Shown one piece after another: positions 22,876 through 37,690 of a DNA stretch of 64,000 nt. Positions within the stretch are counted from its first letter, which is position 1. Every line of letters begins with the position of its first letter. Origin of the DNA: Rotaria socialis. Its lineage: Eukaryota. Location of the stretch: NCBI GenBank assembly GCA_905331295.1, contig CAJNYD010000156.1, positions 1 through 64,000 of the forward strand. The letters are read 5' to 3'. The notes below the pieces were generated by a model, which worked only from the letters and a program-made list of their open reading frames with translations, searched no databases and was not told the origin of the DNA. The position numbers and the translations under genes are program-made.

Positions 22876-24568
22876 TAAGGAAGGAGAATCATCGAAGCGT
22901 GCCATCAATAATCGTCACACGCGGGAACAATGTCCGACATCTATCAACATAATGTTTTATTGATGGAATAATATAACAATGTCACAATCTCATATCCTCT
23001 TCTTTTCATAAACCCTTGAAGGGTTTAGCAATATTTGTAGAAAGGGTAAGGGTATATTTCTCTACTCTTTTTTTTATAGTGCAACATATTCCGTTAAATC
23101 CTTCTTACGACGTTTTAAAAATTCTACAAAATACAATTTCATATAGCGGTGGCAATATAAAAAATGATTTCATTTCAATACAATATTCGCACAAGCTCAA
23201 TTCCGTATATTCACTGCGAAGAAAAAATGATTATTTTTGTCTTGTAGTACACATGATGTATTAGACAGGACTTCTGATTTCATGAGCAGAGTGCCACATT
23301 TTTCTAGTATTTCCACAAGTGTTGATGTGCTAGCAGAATTGAAGGCTTATTTTTGTTTCTCTCTCAGACAAACAGCTCTTTTTTAATGCTAAAAAACATG
23401 ACAAGTGCCGAATATTAAAAAGCGTAAAAGATCAAGCTAAGTTGAGAATCCCTTAATTCTTTGTTGTCTGATGTCAAAGTTGATTATAATCAGTTTTGCC
23501 ATTTGCCCTAGCTGTCATAATTTCACAAAGTAACTCTTTTGTAATCCTCTGACTTAATACTAAATTAAAATCATGATTTGATTACCGCTTATTTCTATGT
23601 AAATTCTAATTTTTTTGTATTTAGGTTTAATCTCAGAAAACTATGAGATTATTATTCGAATGAATTTATAGATGATGACTGTGCAAAAAAAGAAGCTTGA
23701 AAGAAGTAGATTCTTGATAAAATCTCAAGCAACCTTATGAAAGCCGTTGTTGCATTGATATATTCGCCTGTGATGGTCATACTTAAAACAGATGATTATT
23801 TCTAATATCAGTACTAATATCAATACGAGAGATTCTCATCAATTAAAAACATCGGGCCTTTTGTAATGTTCGAATATGAAAAGTTTTCAGGTAAATCTTT
23901 TTCTGCTTCGTAAATATTTCTATAAATTTTAATTCAAAAGGTTTGTTTTAAAAAGATCAAACGAGTTTTGAACATATCGAAAGGGACTTTTAGGGTTGAA
24001 ATATTTGATAAATATATACCTATCTTGTAGATTTTTATTTTTTTTCACTGGGTTATAGTCAAATATAAAATATACAGAATTTATCCATTAAAGAAACATA
24101 TGATATGATTTTTATTTGAGTGCAAGAGTTAAAATTGTCTAGAAAATGCAATTTTCGATAGTTTATGTCTTTTTCTAGTCTCTATAATTGCTCCACTATA
24201 TAAAAATAATTTATTGTATATTTTCTTTTATCAATGAATCTAAAAACCCAAAATCAGCAGTAAATCACGAGTCTGTTACTATTTTGTGTTAAAAAATTTT
24301 CTACATGGTTTTCATCACCTTGAAATCATCATTAATTGTAAGAATTCAAAAAACTTAAATGATAGCAACTTCAGATAGTTTTATGTTCGCAGATAAGAAA
24401 AATTGATATACTGAATTCATAAAATCCGTTTGGAATGCTCAAATCTATTCTTAAAATGAAAACAAACTATAACAATAGTAATTTGTACAATTAACAACAT
24501 CAAAAAAGAAAAGAAAAGAAAAGAAAAGAAAACTGTTCTTCATGTTTCTGTCGAATCGATTGAATTCT

Positions 24569-27446
24569 TCACTGGCACATATTAACTGTAACCGTTCCTT
24601 TTGACAATAATGAACCGGAAAAAGTCCGTTCATTGATTTTCTGAGGGTGTCTAAATATTGTCAGTTTTTGATGGTGTCGTCGTGTTGATATCAATGATAA
24701 ATTATTCATTAAAGTTATTAGTAGAAACCATCGAAAACGTAAACATTTTCGTCTGTTTTGTTCTATTATTTGTTTTTCATCAATTAATAGAAAATGTTTT
24801 TGTCGTCGTCGTTTTTCAAGTATATTCATATAAATAATTTGTGTAAATGTAATTAAAATTGGATGTGTATGCATAGCTTCAACATAGAGATAAGATGTAT
24901 ATGCTGTATAGCCATTATCAATTGTTTCTAAACTTCTTCCAAATATACTATAATCGAGTCTCGGCATAAAAAGTACAAGAGCAATTCCTGATTTCACTAA
25001 GCGTGATACACATGATACTATACCAAGAAAGCAATCAAAGAAAAAATTGAAATAAACAAATAGAAAATAAGCATGACGATTTTCTAGTGTAAATAAATCA
25101 GACTCTTCATCATCATCGTCATCGTTGGGAGTTAATGTTGATGAACCCGTTGAATCACAATAAATTGCTTGATCTAAATTTTAAAACAATTATCAATTAT
25201 CGAATTCTTAAATCTGGCAGAGAATCCCTTCAAATCATAAAACATTTTTTAGTTGAGAGCATTTACATTCGATAGATCCATATGAGCTATATAGAAATGT
25301 ACATATCTTATAAAGGTCTTGTGTTCTTAATTAATTTTAGTGAAAACAATAGTCTCTAATAGCATTATTTAAATGAATAATATGATGCTCCTCAGAAACA
25401 ATCGAAAAGTCAAAATCTTAACTTGAAACTTTCCTTTGAGATAGAACTTGATGAAAATAGTCGATTGTGAATATTTTAGATCTATGTTTCACAATAAACT
25501 GAGTCCGTTACAATTTCTCTATTTACCTGGTCTTTCGATATAAGTATCGTGCTCATCTTTGCTATCATTTTGAATATTTTGTTTTGATTTTCTATGTGAT
25601 CTAATAACTCTTGAGAAAAAATATTTTGTTAAACAATGTACAATGACATGCTTCAATGCAAATAGAATAACCATTGGTGCAATAATTTTCAGAAGAATTT
25701 TCGTTAATAATGGATGTATAAATAATAATTTACAAGTTAAACACGTTATGAACATAAAATAATTGATCATAATAAAACCATACGCTAAATAGCCAACTTG
25801 ATAACCAGAATAATGAAACGATTTTTGTAGAATGCATGTTGACGATGGAAAATCTTGTTTATTTCTATAGTATTTTCCTCGATAATAATCTAACATATCG
25901 GTTTGATATTTTTTCAAACCAAGTAATAATTGTATGACATAAATGAAAAATGATAATAAACATGACATATAAATTTCATTTTGAAATGATAAATTTTCCA
26001 ATGATTTTATTGATAAATTGAAATTTGTCATATTAATTAATTTAATAATAATATTTCCTGTTAAATTCATAACGATTCTTAATGTAAATGTACTCGAAAA
26101 TATAATTGAACATGTTAAATAATATAAAACAAGAAATGAAACAGTATATGTAAATAAGACTAATAATGAAAAACGAAAATATGCTTTTGGTTTATAAAAT
26201 AAATGAGTAAAACTTTGTATGCATGAACAATTTTTTTCTTCATGCAACGTTTGAGCATATAAATAATAACTTGTCGATGAAGATTTTCGTTTACTAACTA
26301 ATAAACTTTTTGTATAATACCAATCATTATCATATTCAATTGATGTTGTATGATACGTTGAATTAGCCATTGTATTCCATCGATCACTATTACCTTTACA
26401 TAGTATAAAAAAATTTCGTAATGTTAATGTATAAAATCTTGCCATAATATGTCCTAATGCAACATAATGTGGAAGACATCGAACTAATAAATAATTTATG
26501 CGTGACATTTCGATTTGTGGACGTGTTTTAAAACCAATCATTGATGTTAATGAATTAATACAATTAGCTTCATAATAAACTGATAATAATAAATCGAATG
26601 TTAAAAATAGTGATGTAAAAAAAGTTGATAAAAATGAATGAACATTCAATGATAATAATATTGGAAAATATCTTATACCATAAAGTATAATTAAACCAAA
26701 ACGACGTACTAAATCAAATAATATTCCATGATGAAAATTGAAATTCGATGAAAATAATATTTCGTATAGTAATGTCATTAGTTGATTCGATATTATTGCA
26801 AATACAATTATTGTATGAAAACGGTTCGACTTTTGAAATGGATTAACAATAATTGGAAATGTTAAATTTTGAAAATAACTTTTCTTTTTATCAACATTTA
26901 TTGTTTGATGAATTAGAAAAAGAAGTACTGTTAATACAATTGATAATGGTAACATGATTATATTTTGATTGGAATTATTCGAGCCAATTAAATGGCATAG
27001 ATAATTTTTTGTTGAAAAATTCTTATTCGATTTTTCAGTATGTTCATCATATATTGAACTGGCACGTTGAACACAAATATAAACGATTGATATACCAGCA
27101 ACAGTAACAGTTAAAAATGATTGTATAAATGTGAGTAAACCATCCATAATTGGTTTTGGACGATGACGCTTTGGAAATTTTGTAATATTTGGACGAGGAT
27201 TAGGTAATGGAGGTGGAAGAGACGACTTTTTAAAGTCTGATGAAGATGATGACTGAGACGAACCCATGAATTTACCAAATAACTGTTGGCATTTGCCACC
27301 TGATGAACCATTAGTAACATATTTATCACTAAAATGAAAAGAATTTCATGTTTAGAAATATAATTAATAAAAATCATGAGTTTATTTCGTTTGTCTTTTA
27401 TTAAATACGAATTAGAGCTTTGTTTTTCGAATCTAGAGTCATTCAT
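24569..27446 (-). CDS. STRA6: STRA6-like (retinol-binding protein receptor family) multi-pass membrane protein
   Basis: Exons 27446-27409, 27328-25527 and 25173-24569 join in frame. Family motifs include HYSGYQVGYLAYGF, MPRLDYS...DNGYTAY...EAMHTHPILITF and RWFLLITLMNN. Confidence 0.85.
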
Positions 27447-27949
27447 ATTTAATCAAAGTGAAATCAACTAAAATTCATCATTAGATTAATCTATTATAAT
27501 TGCTCAATTTTACGAATGATTAAACATTAAAAAAATACTTATCAACCATGTAATTTCATGTTTGAGATGTATTAAACTAAAACAAGCGTTGTTAATAGCT
27601 CATTTAGCGAGCCAATAACTCATCGTAACCTCTCATATCATTCGACACAATTTACTTGTAAGAACATGTAAAGCTAAGATTCAGTCGAGCCCTTTCTTTT
27701 TAAAGACATCCTTTTTATTCATGAGTAATTGATGACGTATTTAATACCTCGAAAAATGTTCATTTATTAATAATGAATGAGTGGCACTGCCATTTTGCAT
27801 GGCATTTTCAAGAGAAAAAAAACAAAAAACTTCTATCAATTATGAAAGATCAAATATCAGAGTAAATCAATTTCGATTCTGTTGGCAAAAATGAAACTAT
27901 TTTGTTTCTAAGAAGAAGCTTAAACTTTCGCTGTAACTTTAACAATAAT

Positions 27950-28983
27950 TTATTTGTGTAATAAACTTTTCGAAGATAAAGACACTCTCGCCCGCCTATG
28001 AATATTTATTTATTTGATTAAATCTTCTTATCATTTATAGAATTATCTTGATAATCTCACCTATTTTCATTTCGTCTTTGTATTTGTCTTTTTCGATAAT
28101 TATTTTTATATTTTTGTGATCGTTTACATACACAAATACCAATACAAGCTAAACCAATAAATAGACAAGCTGCAATAACTTGTATTGCTTCTGAACTATC
28201 TGTAAAACAAAAGCAAAAGCACAGATTTTTATTTTTGTTCATTAGACAATTAAAAGCGCTGCTTACATTTATCACAATATTTCCCATCGTAAAGAAAAGC
28301 ACATTCACAACGGAATGTTGTTCCATCATTATTACATACACCATGTATGCCACAAAGATCATTTTCAAAACAATGATCCACTTCTATTCAGAGGAAGAAG
28401 GAAAAAAAAGAATTTGAATAAAAAATACATTAATCGATTTATGCGTACTAATTTTACAAAGTGCACGTTCAATTTTTGTACACTCTTGCTGCATTAAACC
28501 AAAATGACTTGTCGTTTCATTGGGTCTTAATAGTTCAATTTTGCCACATGGTTTTTGTTGTTGATAAGGAAAAATAAGATTATTTGGTGCAATAACACTT
28601 GGTGGTGTTTCAGAAAAATTTACGTGACGCCCATTTAACCACAACCATGATTCTTTAAAAGAATAATTAGAACGAAAAAAATAAAAATAAACATGCCCTT
28701 CTGAAATGTTACTTACGATTTCGGTAACTAAAACCAATATACGCTCCAAATTCGGTCGCTGATTGATTAAATATGCCAATAATTTGTCCAATATAATCAA
28801 ATTCAATAGCATCTTCAAATAATGCTAAACCACCTTGATTTTTATTTGTAGTAGCATGAAAATGACTTTGGCATAAATTATCAGCTTGCGACCATGTTAC
28901 AGCTTGATTTGTTAACGAATAACAACTACCGCGATAAGCAAACAGTAATACAGATGATGTTGGGCCAAAATCTCGACAATAGT
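27950..28983 (-). CDS. C-type lectin + EGF + transmembrane protein (5' end unresolved)
   Basis: CTL motifs YRGSCY, TWSQADNLC, AYIGF and WLWLNG; EGF CFENDLCGIHGVC...CECAFLYDGKYC; TM VIAACLFIGLACIGICVC; basic cytoplasmic tail. Short introns. Confidence 0.8.
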
Positions 28984-31900
28984 CTAAAAGAAACACCCAC
29001 ACTCATTAGTCATTCGATAGAGACAAGTCAATGCGATTCGCACGTCAATCGTCTCTCATATACATGTGGATAGTCAATTGTCAATTATACATGCACAATT
29101 GAATTCCGCTTGTTATTCAAGTGCCCAACACAACAAATGAAGGTGACATTAAACGAGCGGCATTTATGCTACGAACTATCAATGAGGTGAATCAGAACGG
29201 CTCAAAGTTTTCTATCTGTTAATAAGCCGTATCCATACGAAATAAAGAACAAAAAAAAAGAGAACGACTGGTGTAAAAATACACACCTTCAGCCATCGAC
29301 GATGTTGAGTAGATATTGTTGATAGTAGCATGAGTAATGTTATTTGTATTTGCCTGATTAACCGGACGCCTTTGCGTAGTATCAGATATAACAATAGGTG
29401 GTTGATATGGTCGATTATTATTATTTGAAATTTTTGTTTTTAAATTGCGATATTCTTTGAATAGAAAGAATCAAATAGCATTCAATAGAAATATGATTGT
29501 TTTTTCCGTTTTAAATTGTAACAAAAGTCTTTAGTATTGTTAGCTATCACTTTTTCATACAAAGAATATAATCTCCTCCTATTTCCCGTCGGGAATGACT
29601 AGCACCACCTGTTCGTACTCATCATCTTTAGGTACCAATGGCATTCTGATATGTAGTAGCATCTGAACATATTTTATTTAGCCTAAAGCTGTTGACATCG
29701 CCTTGAAAATCATATCCACACTTGTCTTTCGAAATTCAATCGATGATTGGCTTTTCATCATCGTAAATCGATTTATCTATTAATCATTGTGCTGACTATT
29801 GGTTGGTGTCGGTCTAGTTTCTAGATGATGATGAATGTCTATAATTGTTTTATCATCTCTCCTCGGGCAAGATCAAAACGTTTTTTTATTTCTGTTATCT
29901 CTTTCTCTCTACTCAGATCATACGACGCTGTCAATAAATGTTCTTCAGACATATATCACCTCAAGATCGTTCAAGACAATATCAAAGTCACTTGACTCAT
30001 AGACTAGAGTAAAAAGTTAACTATCAGCTACTGAAAAAATATCGAAATAGATAAGAGAATATAAACTAAATATTATACTTACTACTAGCAGTTTTTTGTC
30101 GAAGTTTTTGAAGCGTACCATCAGTATTAAAAAGTGTTTGTTGAAATAATTCATTAGTAATAATAGGAGAAATTGTAGACAAGACGAATAAAAGGAAGAG
30201 TAGAAGGCCGAATTTCATATCTATGAATGTAGTCACAACATAAAATTGTTTAATCTGTATATATGTATGATGTCTCGCTCGCGTATATGAATACGCCTAT
30301 ATGAGCAACAACAATCATAATTTTTCTCTCTGTCTCTTTCTCTCTCTCTCTCTCTTCTGTTTCTCTTTCTTTCATTCTTTTCTCTTTTATTTACATATAC
30401 CGATTGAACAGTATTGACTTCTATATATGCGTGCATGTCTCTTTTTTCGGGACGAATGCCCTTCTTGTCTTTTGTTCACTTTTTTTTGTATTCTAATAAT
30501 GCAAATTACCATATCATACTTGATTATGGTTCATATTTTCAAGGCTAATCACGCGAACTGAAAATTGGCTCTATTGTATATTTAGTACTGTCTAGGTTTA
30601 AATTAGACGCTTTTTGATCACAGGTTCTTGTTAATTTAGTTATTTTATTATACGTTCGTTTTTTCTTCGTACAATCATAAAACGATGATGGAGACGTATT
30701 TAATAGTGGTTGCACAATAAACAACAATAAGTAGAGAGAGAGAGAGAGAGAGAAATAAGTAGTACTGGATCGTTTTTAAAAGTGTGAAATCAAAAATAGC
30801 GATGTCGAAGCAAATATCACGTCTGCTTGACAAAATCTTAAGTCATAAAAATACGAAAGAATGAAAAAAGAAGAAAAAATCATCGCTTTATGTTAATGCT
30901 TCTACTGGCAGCAACTTTTTACGTTTATGCAATAAGGCAAGTAGTTCGTAGTACTGTTCAATTAGATGTTACGACAATATGTACCATCACGCTCACATAC
31001 TCAAGTATACCAATAAGAAAGAACAAAATTTTTTTCTTTTTCTTGAACTATATATATATATATATATGTATATGTATATATACATGTCACTGCTTTAATA
31101 TACAAAAAGGTACTCATTTAATTGAATATTCAAGTACTATATACTGCTGTTGCCATCACCATGATGACAAAATGAACAGTTGTTGTCTTCCTTTTTTTAT
31201 CGTCTTACGTCATCTATCATTTTAACAATTGAGAAATCAAAATTAAATTCAAAAAAAAAAGAAAAGAAATCAACGATTAATCATACGCACTTCTCATGAC
31301 ATCTTATAGATAACCGATGATTAGTAGTATAGTATGTTCGCACACGAAATTTGTACATTGATGCGTCTTTGATCAAAAGCAATGATAAGACAAAGTAGTT
31401 GATTTTTTTTCGTCTAGTTTTACAATTAATCGTGATGACCTTCGAGAGGCAAGATCGACAAAGGCGGGCCTTTCTTTAAATATTCACTTAGAAATCAATG
31501 GGTGACAACAATAACACTCAAAAACAGATAATAGGATTCGCTTTTTTATATGATCATGGGATGAATGAAAACATGAGAATTCATCAATTGTATACATCTG
31601 CTATTAGACATAATAGTTCATAAAATATAGCTACTTGTACTGTTGACGCAATAAAAGTGACTATGGGGTCAGTCATCCACTCCGCCCACCCTATGTTTCA
31701 CTTGAGTATCATTTAACCAGCAGTGAGCAAGTTGGCACACACGCACACACAACCTCTTGTAATAGGCAAGTGCCATCAGACTACTATTCTCTCTATCCAA
31801 TATTCCCACTTCACTTAATGAACGGATTGTTGGTGTATACTAATGTCATCCAGTTTTTTTGTTTGCTGTTAGTAAGCGCGCGCTTTCGCGTTTGCAAGCA

Positions 31901-33813
31901 AATGAATTACCTCAAGAGGCAAAACATATACTGGTGAACTTGTAATTCGAGAGAACGCACTAGTAGTTGTTCTTGCTAGTGGCAGACAGATACGCCCTCG
32001 TATGAATGAATGAATGAATGAATGTGTGTGTGTGTTTGTATGCGTATGCATGCCTCTCTTTACATCATACTTCAGAACCTTCATTCTATTAGGCGGCGTT
32101 GACTAAAGTGCTTGTATAGGTAAACAGAAAATGAAGACTCTTCTCTTTTCGCAGACAACCGAGTAAATAGACGATCAATAGAGAAAGAGACAATCTAGGT
32201 CATCATGCTCCTTTTATTTTATATCGCTTAGTCTTCTTTTCGTTTTATTCGTTAATTGATCAAGTGATCATCATTGAATAAAGTCATTTATCACTCACAC
32301 TCTTATTATAACAATCATTACAATCATTATCTCAAGGACATGATTTTAGACACACGCCCATTTATTCTTACTGTCTAAATGAAGATATTGGACAGATCGT
32401 CAATTGTAAGAAGCACTTTAGCTTCTCTTGACAATCATTTCCTCCTTACATAAGCGCTCATACATATACGTATACATATATAAATGTATATGTGGTGGAT
32501 GAAGTTCGAGTGATAATCGAAAACAATCCATACAAGCGCTTGCATTGACTGCTTGACATGTAATCGAAACAAATTCCAACACGTTCATTCCTCTCTTTCT
32601 TCTTTGTTAGCTTTCGATAATCATACGCGTGTGTATGTATGTATATATGTATGAACATCGAATCATTCTCATCCAAAGTTAATTCCTGGTGTCATGGACG
32701 TTACGTGATAGAGTGAGTATGTGTGCAAAGAGCTCAATCAAAACGGGAAGATATGATCTCGAAAGAAGAAGTCCTTCGTGTATGCAGATGAAAGGTACCG
32801 CATACTTATACGCATACACCAGACAAGATAACAAGTGGAGCAAAACAAAGAAAAGATTAATCAGTAGGAGATATTGAAAATAAACAATCGTCAACAAAGT
32901 AAAACAAAAAGAAATCTCTGATCTTCCTTGATTGTCCTTTCTTTTTTTTTTCTTACCTGTTGAACGCAGGCAAATCACAATGAATTTTTATTGATCGATT
33001 GTATCGTCATCATGAGAGTCATAATTTTTAAGTGAGACGAACATTTCCTCCCGTTTATTGTCGATTGCATCCTTCTTTTTACTTGTTCTACAATTTAAAA
33101 CGTCGTTTTACGTCTCCTCCTCTCCTCTGTTTCTTCTCTCCCACTCATATGCATGTACGCATCTATATTGTGTTCATCACAATTACCTATTCGTTATACA
33201 TATACATATATATATATATATACATATATAGAACATACATACACACTGGAGATCAATAATCACGACGCAACTAAAAGAGATGGAATTACAGCTATTGTTC
33301 CAATAACATGTATATAAGGCCCACTCTTATGCAAGCCACCTCCTCCTTGTCGCACCTTTTTTTTTAAGTTATATTATACAATGATGACGAGAAGACTGAT
33401 GCAGCCTAGCCGATAATCGGTATGTTTGTTTTATAATGAGTATAGTCACTGTTTCTCCATTTACATTTATACCCACCTACGGTGAGAACTGTCAGTATGT
33501 CTGAAGACATAAAGAATTCCCTTTTTTTCTTTGTATAACACCTCATTTGTTCCATCCATTTATTCATTCAATCTGTCTGTCTGATGTGTCAGTCAACTAA
33601 ATGAGAATAAATTTTCGTATGCCATCATTCCTATCATGATATGTGTATTTCAATAAACACAAGTAAAACAACAAGTATGACAAGAAGAAGAAGAAGCAGA
33701 GGAGAAGAATAAATAAAAGATGACACAATGATAGCATTATCTATGTACAAATAATTGACATTATACACATATATAAAAATAGACAAATAAAAGAAGATAA
33801 GCTATAAATATAA

Positions 33814-35217
33814 TTAACTAAGATCTTTCGGTGCAGCGTCAACAATACCTTCAGGTCCAATAGCAAAAACTGCATCAGTTTCAGGCAGACATGGACTATC
33901 TGCAACATGACATATGCGTGAATCGCCTTTGCCCTTTTTTAAATAGAGACTAAAAGAAAAATAAACGAGAGTGATTCATAAAATCAACTAAATCAAGAAT
34001 AAAAATACCGTGTTGTTGATGCATGAGCCATAATATTGCCACCAATTGGCTTCTTTTGATCACCATACATTGCTTGACCGTCAACTTGAGCAACAACTTG
34101 ATTAGTAAGTACAACAGCAACCCCAAACTTGCAAAGAAAAACAAAAACCAATATTTCAATCAATCAATCAAATCAATAAGAAAGAATTCAATCAAACCTC
34201 ATCGGTAATACGTAATAACATACGCATAAATTTTGCTAATTGCATTTGTCGATTAGCTAATTCACCACGACCAGAATAATCAGTTCGAAAAAGTGATGTT
34301 GAACTATCGACAATCAATACAGCATATCTATAAAATATACATGAATAGAATTTATCAGTAAAAACAAAAAAAAAGAAATATTTCTAAACCTTGATTCACA
34401 CATCATAGCTGTTGCCATATACAATAATTGAATTTGATGATCAGTATTATAAGCACGAGCATAAGCAATATTATCCAAAACATCGTGACCTGAAAGGCCA
34501 TATCGTTCAGCAATGGCCAGTAAACGTTCAGGTCGAAATGAACCTTCTGTATCGATATAAATTGCTTTGCCTTCACCACCACCCATATCAATGGGTAACT
34601 AAAAATGAAAGAAAAATTAAAAACACTTTTTCTTGAAAAACAAGAAATAATTCACTTGACAAGTAACAGCAACTTGATGACATAATTGACTTTTACCACA
34701 ACGATATTCACCATACAATTCAGTTATTGAACCAGTTTCAAATCCACCTTGTAATTGTTTGTCAAGTTCTCGTGAACCAGTTGTTAATTGAATGATTTCG
34801 GAACGTTTTTGATGATATTCTGTGGCTGTTGTAAAACCCATCGGTACTAATTTTGCTGCTTCGGCCTAAACAATATAAGCTCGAGTTTTGTTTTCTTTTT
34901 CAGTTTTTCAATGATAAACTTACAGCTAATTTATCAGCTTTTGCATCACTAATACCTTTCACAGCCAAAAGAGTTTTTCTTGGCGCAAAAGCAATGGATT
35001 CAACTGTACAAAATCCAGCTTCTTGCAATTTTTTAATATCTGCAGTACCAACGCCACATGATTTGTCTAATTTTGTAATTGGTGTTGGTCCACTAGAATC
35101 GCAGTCAATCGCTACACTATCATTAACTTGAAGAGCAGTTCCAACAGTAACTGATGATTGATCTAATGTTGTTTCTTTTTCAACTATTGATTCTCGTGCT
35201 TTAGTTTTAGGTGGCAT
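33814..35217 (-). CDS. RAD51: DNA repair recombinase RAD51
   Basis: Six exons (35217-34924, 34865-34656, 34598-34390, 34327-34198, 34127-34009, 33949-33814). Motifs: GFTTA, Walker A GEYRCGKS, Walker [16 protein letters not shown] and [17 protein letters not shown]. Confidence 0.97.
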
Positions 35218-36966
35218 AGTCTGAAATCAAATGAATATTTTCACAAGACACGAATTCTATTTATATGATTAAAAAAAGTCCCTTAAACAATGACCAACGG
35301 TCGATTTCAAAAACGTTGAGTAACGATTTCCATCAGTATTCGTTTTGCTTAGTTCGCTCATTTTCAAAAGAATATATTTCATCGATTGAAAAATAATCTT
35401 CATTTCCATAAATAGAAATAGGATCATTAAAACGCGTGCTAAATTTCATTAAGAATCAAATAAAATCAATGATAGATGGCGTCAATTCTTCCATCATTAT
35501 TAAGTATGATTCGTTCAATTCATCCAATATTTACCTGATGTAAAAGGTTTCTAACATTGATTATATAGAATTTTTACTGTTTAGCAACAAAATGACAGTT
35601 GCTATCTAAAGAGATCTTTTGTCAAATAGTTGAGAATTGATTTATTTTTTTCAGAACACTTCTACTCGATACTCAATAAAATTGGTGCATTATAAAGTAC
35701 AACTCATACAAGAGTTCTCTTGTTTCAAGAAGTATCGCGGTTGAAGAATTACTTGATAACGATATTTTCATTCTTGACCTAGAATGTATATTGTAACTCA
35801 GTGTAGTGCCATAATATTTTTGAACGCATGAGCAACAGAAAAATTGATTCATACTAATCACATTCATAAGAAAAATGTTGTTATCAACTTTAGTTAGAAA
35901 TATTTTCATATCCAAGTTTAATTAATTGTTTTTCTTTTTCTTTTAGATTTTACATTAATATCGTGTTTTTTCTTTCTTTTGAGTATAATTTATGAATGTT
36001 TATCACAAAGAATATGCTAAAATAGTTTACACCGGAAATATTGTAATTGAGCGGATGGAAGTAATTTCCTGTAATACTATTCGCGGCAACCATTATTTTT
36101 TATGAATGCTTGACAAAAAAAAACATTTTTAGAGATGTTTATAGAGTGGTTCTTAGCTTAGCGTTTTTACTTGGTCACCCTTACAAAAACACGGACTAAA
36201 AAATTATTTATATACTTCCTTTTCAGATTATTATATTTCATTCGTGCTGTAATATAGAATTCAAGAAGCGAGAATTGAAAAGGTATACTTATCAGTCGAG
36301 ACTAGAACAAGCTACATATAGTTTGAGGGGGGCAGGAATTTTTCGTTGTTTTCGTTTACTGAAATACTGTATTTTTCAAGTCAATGTTGTGATAACATTG
36401 AGAAAATCTGATTTAAATAAATTCATTTCTAAGAATCATATCGTAAGATACGAACTATGACAATTTTCGACACATTTGTTATATATTAGTTTCGTTAAAT
36501 TCAGTCTTCATGCAAAGTTTTAATACGATATTCGAAAAAACCCTTTTTCTCCAATGTCACTACAAGGATCATGATATGAACGTAGTGAGCTCGTCACTTC
36601 AAAAATATTAAGCTATATGTTCGCATTATTTCCTCAAGATATGCATAATTTATATGAATCTATCAGATACATAAAACTTACCCTCAAAAGTGATTAATCA
36701 GTCAGACAACGTCCCATGTGAGGCTACTCTATCATGCCAAGGCTATTTTTATTTTATTTTATTATAATTATATTTTGCACACTATAAAATTAATCGAGGA
36801 CGACTTTTTGTACTATTATTCATGCTAATGAAATAAATTCTAGCCTTTGCGATAGCTAATAATACTTTAATTTTTGTGAAAATTCAAGAGATTTTTATTG
36901 TTTTTAAAAAATCTTTTGATTAGTTTGGCAATAATTTGCTTGAGATATTTTTTCTTTCTTTTAGAA

Positions 36967-37690
36967 ATGAGTTCTCCTCGAGTTTTCTTTGATGTTTATG
37001 CTGATAGTACGTCTCTTGGCCGTATTGTACTTGAATTATTTGATACTGAATGCCCAAAAACATGTGAAAATTTTCGAGCATTATGCACGATGGAAAAAGG
37101 TTACGGATATAAATCATCCATTTTACATCGTGTTATTCGTGGTTATTTTTGTCAAGGTAAAAAACAAATGATTAATTACTTATTCGTTTGAATATAATCT
37201 AATATTTTTAGGAGGCGATTTCACATCGTATGTATTGATTGTCATTTATATTTTTGTTTTTTTTTATCTAATTTTATTTTAGATACAATGGAACAGGTGT
37301 ATGTATATCTTTCGAATGAACAGAAGAAAAAAAATTTTCAGAATTGAATTTTCATTATTTACAGGGGAAATCAATCTACGGTAAAAAATTTGATGATGAA
37401 AGTTTCAATCGAAAATTTACTGTGCCAGGATTATTAGCAATGGCTAATCAAGGTATGCATCGAATATTGGTTTTCATTTTTCTTTTCAATGCTTATTTTG
37501 TCAAGGACCCAATACAAATACATCACAATTTTTCATTACTATGTTGCCATGCCCATGGTTAAACGGTAAAAATGTTGTGTTCGGTCAAGTGGTTGAAGGT
37601 ATGGACGTGATCAAACAAATTGAAACATATGGGAGTGAAACAGGTGTACCGACGCGTCGTATTCTTGTTCAAGAGTGTGGTCTGGTGTGA
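36967..37690 (+). CDS. Single-domain cyclophilin (peptidyl-prolyl isomerase family)
   Basis: Exons 36967-37156, 37212-37227, 37283-37298, 37365-37452 and 37506-37690. Motifs: [17 protein letters not shown]...[24 protein letters not shown] and VVFGQV. Confidence 0.95.

Noticed and set aside
31723..31745. miR-87-like start (GTGAGCAA), and miR-31-like AGGCAAGAT near 31447 and 46515
   Set aside because: No convincing precursor hairpins; short matches like these are expected by chance.
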